Source of the DNA: an uncultured virus (IMG/VR IMGVR_UViG_3300043570_003132)
Taxonomy: Duplodnaviria > Heunggongvirae > Uroviricota > Caudoviricetes
IMG/VR virus record: IMGVR_UViG_3300043570_003132
Coordinates: 62,001 to 118,725 of that record
Length of the DNA: 56,725 nucleotides
Strand: one strand, 5' to 3'
Position numbers and translations under genes: made by a program
In this document: positions 36,546 through 45,429 of the stretch, piece after piece
How the letters are laid out: the number at the start of each line of letters is the position of its first letter
Position numbering within the stretch: position 1 is the first letter of the stretch
The notes under the pieces: generated by a model
Database searches by the model: none
What the model saw: the letters and a program-made list of their open reading frames with translations, nothing else
What the model was told of the DNA's origin: nothing

Positions 36546-37650
36546 TAGTTTTTATTTCATCAATGAAACCATTATTAATTAATACACCTTGTATTAAATC
36601 TGATCTTAAATTAAACGCTCCGTTTGTTGATTTAAAAGATACTTTAGACCAATCGGTATTAGTAAGTAAATTAAAAATATTTTCTTTATTTTTTAATATG
36701 ACAATACCATATCCAGTTTTTTTAGGTAATGATAAAAAATTATCATGTATCCTCATATTATCCTGACCAAAACAAGTCAATGGAAGATATATATCACATT
36801 TATCTAACATATTTTTATTTCTGGTTGTTGCAATTGTTCCTCCATTAGACAACGAATATAATTTTATATAATCATTACATGTTCTACTATCTTTTTCAAT
36901 TTTAAAACTCTTAGACCATATTTGAAATATGACATTAACCTTAACTTCTTTTCCATCGGGAAAATAAAAATGAGGATTAATGTTTGAACTATATATTAAA
37001 TTCAACCCTTCTACTCTTGATTTAGTTGATCCCTTACCGTCGCTATCAAATAGTTGTGGCAATATAAAACCAACAAAATCTGCGTAATTTGAATGATTTA
37101 AAAATCTTAAAGCCAAATTTGATCTTAATCCGAATGGTGGGTTACCTAAAACCAAATATTTCTTATCCGTATCGGGTGACCATTTCAAATAATCTTTAAT
37201 AACAATATTTTCTAAATTACTTTCAATGTCAATACCAACTCTTCTATCTTCAGGAAATAAATTATAAAAACTACCGTCCCCAACGGATGGTTCTACATAT
37301 GTGTATTCTAATTCATCTACATCATGTTCTTTTAAAACCGTTTGGAAAAGATCAAAACATAATTTGGCAGTTTCTTTTGATGTAAAGAATTGATCTTTTT
37401 CTTTTGGAGTTAATGTTGATAGATCAACAGGTATACCCAACATTTCCGATAAATCAAATTTATAATAATTGGGTACATTATCAAGATCAATCCATCTTTT
37501 TATTGTACCGTTATTAACATTGATATATTTTGATATATGTTTTATACCCTCAATCCCTAAACTAATTTTTTCTTTTTTTGTTTGTTCTTTAGTAAAAGTA
37601 ATGTTAGAGTATTTTTCAATACATTTAAATAAAATATCTAAATTATCCAT
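36538..37650 (-). CDS. Amino-(N6-adenine) DNA methyltransferase with N-terminal HTH-like segment
   Basis: DQFFT, EPSVGDGSF (SAM-binding) and GNPPFG (catalytic), in gamma-class order. Confidence 0.85.
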   Translation of the reverse strand: MDNLDILFKCIEKYSNITFTKEQTKKEKISLGIEGIKHISKYINVNNGTIKRWIDLDNVPNYYKFDLSEMLGIPVDLSTLTPKEKDQFFTSKETAKLCFDLFQTVLKEHDVDELEYTYVEPSVGDGSFYNLFPEDRRVGIDIESNLENIVIKDYLKWSPDTDKKYLVLGNPPFGLRSNLALRFLNHSNYADFVGFILPQLFDSDGKGSTKSRVEGLNLIYSSNINPHFYFPDGKEVKVNVIFQIWSKSFKIEKDSRTCNDYIKLYSLSNGGTIATTRNKNMLDKCDIYLPLTCFGQDNMRIHDNFLSLPKKTGYGIVILKNKENIFNLLTNTDWSKVSFKSTNGAFNLRSDLIQGVLINNGFIDEIKTNE

Positions 37651-38338
37651 TAATAATTAAATGTTTTTCTAAAAATCTTTTTATTTGTTCATCTGTAGAA
37701 TTATATATTTCTATTGTGTTTCCAAATCGAACTCCTTTATATAATGAACTAAGACTTAATGTTAATTTACCAACATCAGTTCTTTTTCTTATACATAATT
37801 TAACATTAAAAACTTCGTGTGTTTCAATTGGATATAATTCTGAAGGATTAATAGATGTCATAAATATTTCATTTGGGGTGATAGACATTAATATATACTT
37901 ATCACATACGTTTTCTTTAAACGTCTCATATTGAAATGTATTATTGTTTGTTCCAACTGTTGCAGTTTTAATTTCAGTCCTAACCGTTGTATTAGATTGT
38001 AATGGGTATATTTTCATATCGTAAATACCATCACCTTTATTTGTGTTTCTATCTCCATCGTATTCAACAGTAAACGTTTTGGGGTAATTTTTAACGATTG
38101 ATTCAACCATTAATTCCCCTACTTTTCCTACTGCATCTGAATTACCTAAACTTTTTATTTTTTCGTTTTTAGACCCTACCCATTTATTGCTGGTTTTAAT
38201 TTTTTCAATTGATTCTAATAAAACATTACTACAACTATTATTTTTCGATGGTGTGTCTTGTTCAATTATTTTTATTTGTTTTTCAATTTTTTGATTGTAA
38301 ATCATTATATCCTCATCAGTTATTGTAATATTTGCCAT
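37643..38338 (-). CDS. Putative type II restriction endonuclease (PD-(D/E)XK)
   Basis: GKVGE...YD...EIKTA pattern; translationally coupled to the MTase. Confidence 0.65.
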   Translation of the reverse strand: MANITITDEDIMIYNQKIEKQIKIIEQDTPSKNNSCSNVLLESIEKIKTSNKWVGSKNEKIKSLGNSDAVGKVGELMVESIVKNYPKTFTVEYDGDRNTNKGDGIYDMKIYPLQSNTTVRTEIKTATVGTNNNTFQYETFKENVCDKYILMSITPNEIFMTSINPSELYPIETHEVFNVKLCIRKRTDVGKLTLSLSSLYKGVRFGNTIEIYNSTDEQIKRFLEKHLIING

Positions 38339-38345
38339 TTTATTT

Positions 38346-38660
38346 TTATTTTATTCTATTTTCTTCAAAAAACTCAATTATTGAATTTAGGCACCACACC
38401 GCTCCCGATGTAAAAACAGCATCAGCAAAAAGATTCCAAAATAAATTTGTTTGGAAATAGTGATTACATAAACCACCTAACGCAAGTGACATTACCCAAC
38501 CTAAGTGAAAACCCAAACATAGGGGACATGTCATAAGTTTATAAAAGAAAGAAGATTTAGTTTTTACCCATTCTCTCAAGTCTTCAAAGATTGTCGACCA
38601 AGAAATTATACACATACATCCGTAAGCGGCAAGGACCCAAAATAACATTATCATAATCAT
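38346..38660 (-). CDS. DUF1360-like membrane protein
   Basis: KLMTCPLCLGFHLGW motif within three hydrophobic segments. Confidence 0.65.
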   Translation of the reverse strand: MIMIMLFWVLAAYGCMCIISWSTIFEDLREWVKTKSSFFYKLMTCPLCLGFHLGWVMSLALGGLCNHYFQTNLFWNLFADAVFTSGAVWCLNSIIEFFEENRIK

Positions 38661-38685
38661 TAAATTTTTTATTATTATAAATTAA

Positions 38686-38721
38686 AATAACCCCCATATT
38701 AATTAAAATACAGGGGTTATT
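38686..38721 (-). terminator. Putative terminator after the 183-aa gene
   Basis: AATAACCCC...GGGGTTATT inverted repeat. Confidence 0.6.
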
Positions 38722-38726
38722 CTATA

Positions 38727-39278
38727 TTAAAAGTTTGTATCTAAAATGTACACACCATCAATTAGGTTGTACACTTCAACATCTTCTCTTTTAAATGATC
38801 TCCATTCTTCAGGTTCACCTGTGGTAATCCATTTGGTTTGGAAATTTGCAACATGACATTTAGCGGGATTTGCAAATGTTTCAGGTCTAATTAAAATAAC
38901 CTGAGAAAAATCCACATTAGTTCTAATGTAAATATTTTTATCCCATCCTTGGTTTTTTTCGGGATTCCAATATTTGGATTTCCTCCACCAAGGGATGTTT
39001 ACGGTTTTAAAACCTAAACCGCTTTTGTTATTGAGGCCCTTGTTTTCATCTGAGAAGAAATCACCAGTCCAATTTTTGGAATGTTCGATTTCTATTCCCC
39101 AAATAGGGTCTTCTTTGTACAATAAATCAATACCGTACTTATTTGGATTTGCAATCATTTCAAGTTCTAATGTTTCCATTGAGAATTTAATTATTGCATT
39201 TCTTGATGAGGAATCATCGAAACCTCCCGTGTTGTAGACTCTTGGTCTACCTGTAGCCATTGTTGACATAAGATTCAT
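38727..39278 (-). CDS. Putative PD-(D/E)XK-like endonuclease (183 aa)
   Basis: NPNKYGIDL...IEIE...TVNIP pattern; own upstream motif and downstream terminator. Confidence 0.5.
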   Translation of the reverse strand: MNLMSTMATGRPRVYNTGGFDDSSSRNAIIKFSMETLELEMIANPNKYGIDLLYKEDPIWGIEIEHSKNWTGDFFSDENKGLNNKSGLGFKTVNIPWWRKSKYWNPEKNQGWDKNIYIRTNVDFSQVILIRPETFANPAKCHVANFQTKWITTGEPEEWRSFKREDVEVYNLIDGVYILDTNF

Positions 39279-39312
39279 TTTTTTATATCATTTATTTATC
39301 ATTTCTGATTAT

Positions 39313-39368
39313 AATAAAGTATAAAGAAATTATCTCGTAAAAAAAAGTAAGTTGCCGGAAATATTTTA
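39313..39368 (-). repeat. Intergenic motif copy 1 (TAAAATATT..CGGCAACT..TTTACGAG-N10-TATA); copy 2 at 42591-42643
   Basis: Direct comparison of the two intergenic regions. Confidence 0.7.
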
Positions 39369-39899
39369 TTCATCATACAGTGATCCTAAGTCACTATTTT
39401 TAAGGTATCTACCTTTACCTAATCCACTTAAAGATTTAGTTATTTTTTCCAAATCAGATTTTAATTTATCGTTTTCTTTCATCAACTTTTCTATCTCTTC
39501 GTTGTTGGTTATCTCTTTAATAACTTCCACAATTTTTTCAACAGGAACCTCTTTAATAACTTCTTTAGTTACGGTCTTGGTCTTACCCTTCTTTTCGACT
39601 ACAACCTCTCTAATGACCTCTATTGGTACTTCTATTCTTACTTCCTTGATTACCTCTTTAATAACTTCAATAGGTACCTCTACAATTTTTTCAACTTCAA
39701 CAATCACTTCCTTTATTACCTCTTTTGTGACTTCGACTATTTCTTTAGTTCTATTACCATTTGGTGTCTCACCATACTTTAACAAAGAAAACCCTCTATT
39801 GAAGGTTTCTTGTGCTAACTTATCTACATTATCTATTTTATTTAATTCACAATATTGAATAAACTCATTATCCAAGATTAACGTGCTCTTCGGTTTCAT
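39366..39899 (-). CDS. Hypothetical protein with KEV/EVP repeats and coiled coil (177 aa)
   Basis: EVIKEVIVEVEKIVEVPIEV repeats. Confidence 0.75.
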   Translation of the reverse strand: MKPKSTLILDNEFIQYCELNKIDNVDKLAQETFNRGFSLLKYGETPNGNRTKEIVEVTKEVIKEVIVEVEKIVEVPIEVIKEVIKEVRIEVPIEVIREVVVEKKGKTKTVTKEVIKEVPVEKIVEVIKEITNNEEIEKLMKENDKLKSDLEKITKSLSGLGKGRYLKNSDLGSLYDE

Positions 39900-40692
39900 T
39901 TTCTATGTCTTTGATATCGTTTATTCTAAAGTGTAGGAACGGTTGTGTATTTTCTAAATCGTGAAATTCATATTCATTAGATTCTACATCATATACTCCA
40001 TACCCATGATGTTTAACTGTCTCTCCAAAATTTTGTTGTATAAGACTACCAACCATTATTGCATGACCTCCATTTGGTAATGTGAACTGTTGTCTCTTGT
40101 GAATATCACCACATAACAATAAATCTAAATCAACAAAGTTTAATTGATCATACGCATCTTCAAACTCATAACCTAAGTCTGTCGATAACCCCATAATCGG
40201 TCCATGGAACAGTCCAACCGTTAATAAACCTTCTTGTTTTGTAAATTCAGGTCTTACGTTGTGTTGATATAATGAATAAACAACCCATTGAACGCTACCA
40301 TCGGTATCAACATAATCACCACTATCTTTTAGGTATGTGATGTGTTGATTGTCTAATAATTGAACGACTGGTGTTATACTATCCATACGTTGTGTATTAT
40401 TCTCCAAGAAGTCGTGATTACCTGGTATTATTACAACCTTACCAAAACGAGTTAACTCTTTTAAAAACCAACTCGTTAATAATAATTGTTCATTTGAAAT
40501 ATTAATTTTTTGATGTGCGATATCACCCGCAACAACAATTCTAATTTCGTTATGTGATATATTTTCATCTGCCCATTCTAAAAATTTTACACTTAATTCA
40601 TTTAATAATATTTCGAATTGTTCTCTATACAAATCATGCATTTGAATTGTACGAATATGTAAATCAGCAATATGAATTATCTTTTTGACCAT
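39868..40692 (-). CDS. sbcD: SbcD/Mre11/gp47-like metallophosphoesterase nuclease
   Basis: IADLH, AGDIAH, PGNHD, FHG, GDIHKRQ, GSLIQQNFGE. Confidence 0.92.
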   Translation of the reverse strand: MVKKIIHIADLHIRTIQMHDLYREQFEILLNELSVKFLEWADENISHNEIRIVVAGDIAHQKINISNEQLLLTSWFLKELTRFGKVVIIPGNHDFLENNTQRMDSITPVVQLLDNQHITYLKDSGDYVDTDGSVQWVVYSLYQHNVRPEFTKQEGLLTVGLFHGPIMGLSTDLGYEFEDAYDQLNFVDLDLLLCGDIHKRQQFTLPNGGHAIMVGSLIQQNFGETVKHHGYGVYDVESNEYEFHDLENTQPFLHFRINDIKDIENETEEHVNLG

Positions 40693-41546
40693 CTTGAAAT
40701 ATATTTTGATAAATCCATTTGTAGGATTGCGTTGTTAATTTGATGTGGAACTTTATATTCAACAAATGTTGCGTCGTCTTTTAATAATACAACTACATTA
40801 CCTAATAATTTAGTATCGTTATATTTTGTTCCTTCCAACATCTTACGCAACAATCGACCATATAATGGTAATTGTAAATAATAATGACCTAAAGCATTAT
40901 CATGATAATTGTTAAATGGTGGATATAATCTACCCGTGTAATGATGAACTTCAAAGTTCTTTGGTTGGTTTGTTTTCCAATCTGTAATAACAAATCCAAA
41001 TCCATCCTTCTCTTTGTTTTGCATTAACCATACTTTATCTGGTTGTCCTGTGTATTGTTCAATTGGGTCTCCTAATACAATTTCTGTATCCAACAAGACT
41101 CCACCACGTTCTAACATTAAATCAAGAAATTGTTTTCCTGCAATAATCATGTTATCACTCTTACGTTGTTGTTCTTCATTAATTTCAAATATTGGTTGTC
41201 TAACTTCTTTGTAGTTATCGAAACGACCAATTAATTCAGATTCTAATTCAAAGTGAACACGGCTACCCATATTAGTTGATAAATCACCAGCTTGTTTCCA
41301 TTCGGCAAGTAATTGTGCTTGACCTTCAGGATCTCCTTTAGACATCTTAAGTGCCATACCGTCAGCATCAAATGGTTTATGAAATTTCTTTACAATTTTT
41401 GATACTGACGGGAAGTTCTTTTTAATTTCACCATCAACATCTTTCATATAGTAGATGTGTTCTTCTTCTATAAATGTTAATTCTAATTCTTGTCTTCTTT
41501 TTTCTAATAAGTCATTTATCTCTAATGAGATGTCTTTTAAATTCAT
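40677..41546 (-). CDS. PD-(D/E)XK (RecB-like) exonuclease
   Basis: PSVS, GSRVHFELE, GQPD, DWKT, YYLQLPLY. Confidence 0.85.
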   Translation of the reverse strand: MNLKDISLEINDLLEKRRQELELTFIEEEHIYYMKDVDGEIKKNFPSVSKIVKKFHKPFDADGMALKMSKGDPEGQAQLLAEWKQAGDLSTNMGSRVHFELESELIGRFDNYKEVRQPIFEINEEQQRKSDNMIIAGKQFLDLMLERGGVLLDTEIVLGDPIEQYTGQPDKVWLMQNKEKDGFGFVITDWKTNQPKNFEVHHYTGRLYPPFNNYHDNALGHYYLQLPLYGRLLRKMLEGTKYNDTKLLGNVVVLLKDDATFVEYKVPHQINNAILQMDLSKYISRWSKR

Positions 41547-41547
41547 T

Positions 41548-42489
41548 CTAATCTATTTGTTTCATTTTATATTCACTTAAGTTTCCCTGTAAATCGGCAA
41601 TATCTTTATCCCCTTCTAATCTTATACTCCACACTTTCCCCATTAGTTTTCCACAATTCAATCTATGGTATAATCTTTCTTGATCATTCCACGCATCAGG
41701 ATCTAGTACTATAACTATTTTTTTTGCATTATTGTAGAGTTTCATAAATAAATGTTCACTCATAAACTTTCCCAACATTGGAATTGCATTGGGAATAAAG
41801 ATGCTATCAAACGCACCTTCCACAATGTATATTGGTTCATCCCAATTAATTAAATGCTCATTGAAAATAATAATCTCCTTTTGTGCTTCGGGGTTCATGT
41901 ATTTTCTCTTTGTCTTTTGTAAATAAGAACGAGCAATGAAATACGTTAATCTTTTATTCTCATCATAGGATGGAATTATAATTCTACTCTCATATGGTCC
42001 ACTATAACAAAATCCAATATTATAAATTTGTAACATCAAATCAGTGATGTTTCTTTTTTTAATGTAATTGTATGCCTGCTTGTATTGTGGGGTCATCTTT
42101 AAACCCATACTAGCATCTTTAAATGGAATAAACTCTTTAGGTAATTTTACAGGTTTGTATGTTCTTGCAGCAATCTCCTCATCATCTTCAGGTTTTAATA
42201 AAAGATATTTCTTTAATTGTTTTGGATTACCAAACTTCTTAATTAACTTATAGATTGATCCGTGGGTATTATGTGTCTCAGCACATACCCAACATTTATA
42301 AACACCATATTTGTAATTGATTTCAAGGTTTCCCTTACCGTCTCCTTTATCTAATCCTTTAATTTCATGTGAACACACAGGACAATCAAAGGACACTTGG
42401 TACCTATAATCATTATGATTTTTATAGTCACCAAATATATCTTCTAAAATATCAAATACGGCAGAATAGTCTACTTCTTGGGTGTTCAT
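41548..42489 (-). CDS. dnaG: DNA primase (Zn finger + TOPRIM)
   Basis: CPVC...CWVC, RIIIP, FIARS, IVEGAFD, LDPD; true start probably MNTQEV at 42489. Confidence 0.88.
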   Translation of the reverse strand: MNTQEVDYSAVFDILEDIFGDYKNHNDYRYQVSFDCPVCSHEIKGLDKGDGKGNLEINYKYGVYKCWVCAETHNTHGSIYKLIKKFGNPKQLKKYLLLKPEDDEEIAARTYKPVKLPKEFIPFKDASMGLKMTPQYKQAYNYIKKRNITDLMLQIYNIGFCYSGPYESRIIIPSYDENKRLTYFIARSYLQKTKRKYMNPEAQKEIIIFNEHLINWDEPIYIVEGAFDSIFIPNAIPMLGKFMSEHLFMKLYNNAKKIVIVLDPDAWNDQERLYHRLNCGKLMGKVWSIRLEGDKDIADLQGNLSEYKMKQID

Positions 42490-42516
42490 GATTATAATAT
42501 AATAAAAAAGTATGAT

Positions 42517-42587
42517 AAAAAAAAATGGGAGCCGGACACCACGCCGACTCCCTCCAACCAAACTTGTATTTCTACAAGTCCCGTCCT
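42517..42587 (-). ncRNA. Candidate small structured RNA (~70 nt)
   Basis: GC-rich island: ACTTGTA-GAAA-TACAAGT hairpin, then GGGAGTCGG-N8-CCGGCTCCC plus a U-run, directly downstream of TATTTATA. Confidence 0.5.
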
Positions 42588-42590
42588 AAT

Positions 42591-42643
42591 ATAAATATAT
42601 CTTTTACAGCTCGTAAAGTAAAACTTTAGTTGCCGAATATTTT
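42591..42643 (-). repeat. Intergenic motif copy 2
   Basis: TAAAATATTCGGCAACTAAAGTTTTACTTTACGAGCTGTAAAAGATATATTTAT. Confidence 0.7.
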
Positions 42644-43250
42644 AAGATGTTTGTTTGTTCATGTTAACATAACCAATAACGCAACATGCCGCATCGGCCA
42701 TGTCATAATTTTCTTTTTTAAGATTACCCGTTTTACCGTATAACCAATTGATATCAGGACATACATTATTAACGTGTTCCCAAATGACGTGTTTCTTATC
42801 AATATCTCTTGGGTATCCACCAAATAAAACGTTACGTCCTTTATCATTTGGACCAACCAAATCAGGGAAAGCAAATTTTCTTGAGTTATACGTGGAAATA
42901 AATGTTGGTAATACTCCTAGCACATCATAACAGTTCTTAAGTATCAATGTATTATAACGTAATAATGTTCCTATAGTATAAATGTTATTTGACTGCAACA
43001 ATGGTTCTTCAATAATAACACGAAGAATTCCCATGTCTTTATAACTTTCCAAATGTTTTTTAAATGCGTCGGCCTTTTTAATTAATTCCTCAATCTTATC
43101 TTCTGGTTGTGGTTTAATTTTTGGTGAAAAATGTGTTAGTTCTAATAATTTAGAACCCGTCATATCAAATAAAGCAAAGCCGATCGTCTTCGTGGAAATA
43201 TCAAGACCGAGAATCTTTGGTTTGTTTTTGAAATTAATATCTATACTCAT
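42642..43250 (-). CDS. RuvC-like Holliday junction resolvase
   Basis: ILGLDISTKTIG, IIEEP and YDMADA acidic catalytic pattern of the RNase H fold. Confidence 0.8.
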   Translation of the reverse strand: MSIDINFKNKPKILGLDISTKTIGFALFDMTGSKLLELTHFSPKIKPQPEDKIEELIKKADAFKKHLESYKDMGILRVIIEEPLLQSNNIYTIGTLLRYNTLILKNCYDVLGVLPTFISTYNSRKFAFPDLVGPNDKGRNVLFGGYPRDIDKKHVIWEHVNNVCPDINWLYGKTGNLKKENYDMADAACCVIGYVNMNKQTS

Positions 43251-43289
43251 AGAGTAAAAATTAAATCAAATTAACTGAATAGTAAAGCT

Positions 43290-45404
43290 TTAGAAATCTA
43301 ATTTAATTGCGAAAACTTGAGTTCCTGTTCTTTTAATTGGTGTAGATGTTTTAGCAATCACTAACGGTTCTTTTAATGAATCTAATAATGCGACTTCGGT
43401 AATATATGTGGGAGTTGTTCCGGTTGTTGGATATGTTGGGTTTTGTGATGTTAAGAATTGAGTAGATGGTAAGTTTATTAACATATTCATTTCTTCAATA
43501 TCGGTTGCTCTTACTAATCTAATACTGCCAGGGAACGGTTGTTCGTCACCAAATTGTGGTTGTGTTGTTGATCCCGTTGTATTCCACAAATAATCAGTTG
43601 TTACATCTGACATATGGTCTTCTAAATCAAAAGACGTTCCACCAGTGTAATCACTTTTTGTAATTGTAAACGTATAGTTAACCAAATTTGTTGGATCAAT
43701 ATATCCACTAGTATATCCTGATATCTTTGATGTTATATCAATTTTTATCCATTTGGAAGTAGTTGGTGTTGTTCCTGTTTGTACTAAGGCGTAAAATTTA
43801 TTAGCAATAAATCCGTCTTTAATACCGCTTGGGGTAGTGTACATATTTGGAAATGCTCCTGTATTAAATTTAAATGTTAATTGTGAAGGGGTTCCGTTCC
43901 CTGTTATTTTATTAAAATAATTGCATGGTAATGCATTTAATGTAGATCCACTAGTACTTGTATCTCCAAACATATATGTAAACCAAACAGTATCTCCTGT
44001 GGTTGGTAGTAAGGAATTAATTGCCGTTCCGTCACTTGGTACCGATCCCAATTTAGGTGATGGTAATGTATATCGTCTATTAGATCTATAATCTAACATC
44101 GCCACCAACTCTTGATCGTCGAATACAACTATTTTGTTATTAATAAAAACTTTACCTACTTTATTAGTTTGTTCGTCTAACAAATATCTAAATTTTAATT
44201 CAAATCTAGACCCTGTTGTTCCTGAAAATGGTTTAATGTAATAATCAACAGTGTCCATTGTAAATAACGCACCTAATGTTATTCCTGTATTTCTATGATA
44301 ATTAATAAATGGTATGTAAATTTCAAAATAGTCACTATCAGTTTTATTATAGTCTCTATCATCTGTATCTAAATCACCAAATAATGTAATACTTTCACCT
44401 GTAGTTCCCGTTAATGAACTTATATAATCATCATATTTAAAAAATCTTTCAGGATCATTTGTAACATCTCCAAGTTCAGAATAATGTATAATTGCAATAC
44501 ACCTTTGTTCTGACGGTAAAACTTCAACTAATTCATCGAATGAATTTTTAAATGTAGTTCCTGTTATAGTTGTTCCTACAAAATTTGTAAATGTTTGTCC
44601 TGATTTTGTATATCCTAATAATTGTTTTGTTGAAACATATTGATTACTATTATAACCACTTAAACTTTCATCTAAATCATTTGTTGGGTAATCTGCCCCG
44701 ATTGGTTTGTCCGACCATACTGTATTTAATCTCCATGAATTAAGTTGTTGTGTATAATCAATTGGGTTAAATATGTCAGTTGTTGGTGATTCGTCGAAAT
44801 ATTCATTTAATACTACTTGTACATTACCTGTTAGTCCTGTTAAATTAGGGAGTTTACGATCTAGTGTTAATGTATTATCTGTTTTTGATACTACCTTATA
44901 GATCATACTATTTGTTTGTCCCGTAATTGTTGTACTTGAAAAACCATCTAAAACTACTGTTATAAAATCATTTGGTTTAAAATTCGTACCATCCACCACA
45001 ACCAGACTTGTTGTTCCACTTAGTTTACTATATGTTAATGGTTGTGGTGTTGTTTTTACTGTTGGTGCGGTTGAATACATAGATACAAATCCAGCACTAC
45101 CCATTTCATTTCTTAAAGTTGTAGTTGAACTATTACTAATTGGTGTTCCGTATGTTGTTGAAGTTAGGGTATCACTACCTAAAGAATACGGATATTTAAC
45201 ACCTGATTCATTATCAAATGGAGCAAAAACTTTTTGTTGTCCTGTTGTTCCTGTTAAACCACTAAAAATTGTATCGTAATCAAATTCAGAATCTCCTATT
45301 TGAAAGAATTCAATATTGAAAGTACCTTTGGCAATAGCCTTTCTACCCTCGTTTGTTATTCGGGCCGTTAAATATTCCGCGTGATTACTGTTTAAAAAAC
45401 TCAT
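43290..45404 (-). CDS. Virion structural protein, probable baseplate/tail-collar component (704 aa)
   Basis: N-terminal ITNEGRKAIA...GDSEFDY and C-terminal YITEVALLD...LVIAKT motifs typical of baseplate/tail-fibre-collar proteins. Confidence 0.65.
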   Translation of the reverse strand: MSFLNSNHAEYLTARITNEGRKAIAKGTFNIEFFQIGDSEFDYDTIFSGLTGTTGQQKVFAPFDNESGVKYPYSLGSDTLTSTTYGTPISNSSTTTLRNEMGSAGFVSMYSTAPTVKTTPQPLTYSKLSGTTSLVVVDGTNFKPNDFITVVLDGFSSTTITGQTNSMIYKVVSKTDNTLTLDRKLPNLTGLTGNVQVVLNEYFDESPTTDIFNPIDYTQQLNSWRLNTVWSDKPIGADYPTNDLDESLSGYNSNQYVSTKQLLGYTKSGQTFTNFVGTTITGTTFKNSFDELVEVLPSEQRCIAIIHYSELGDVTNDPERFFKYDDYISSLTGTTGESITLFGDLDTDDRDYNKTDSDYFEIYIPFINYHRNTGITLGALFTMDTVDYYIKPFSGTTGSRFELKFRYLLDEQTNKVGKVFINNKIVVFDDQELVAMLDYRSNRRYTLPSPKLGSVPSDGTAINSLLPTTGDTVWFTYMFGDTSTSGSTLNALPCNYFNKITGNGTPSQLTFKFNTGAFPNMYTTPSGIKDGFIANKFYALVQTGTTPTTSKWIKIDITSKISGYTSGYIDPTNLVNYTFTITKSDYTGGTSFDLEDHMSDVTTDYLWNTTGSTTQPQFGDEQPFPGSIRLVRATDIEEMNMLINLPSTQFLTSQNPTYPTTGTTPTYITEVALLDSLKEPLVIAKTSTPIKRTGTQVFAIKLDF

Positions 45405-45429
45405 ATGTTATAAATATCTTTATTTTATT

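Noticed and set aside
40677..41546. Cas4 assignment for the PD-(D/E)XK nuclease
   Set aside because: No Fe-S cysteines and no CRISPR context; a RecB-like phage exonuclease fits better.
42490..42561. N-terminal extension of primase given by the ORF track (MVGGSRRG...)
   Set aside because: It runs through a terminator hairpin and U-tract from a TTG; the ATG at 42489 is the better start.
42517..42587. tRNA or tRNA fragment
   Set aside because: No cloverleaf, no TTCGA T-loop and no CCA end; kept only as an sRNA candidate.
20034..42930. Short plus-strand ORFs antisense to enzymes (e.g. 29626-30045, 35410-35748, 39352-39858)
   Set aside because: Fully overlapped by well-supported minus-strand genes; Ser/Phe/Leu-rich composition typical of antisense to Glu/Lys-rich genes.
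34209..43250. Bacterial chromosome or defence-island origin of the window
   Set aside because: Host-like genes (clpP, nusG, sigma, trxA) are out of their bacterial operon context and interleaved with virion genes and phage-type replication genes.
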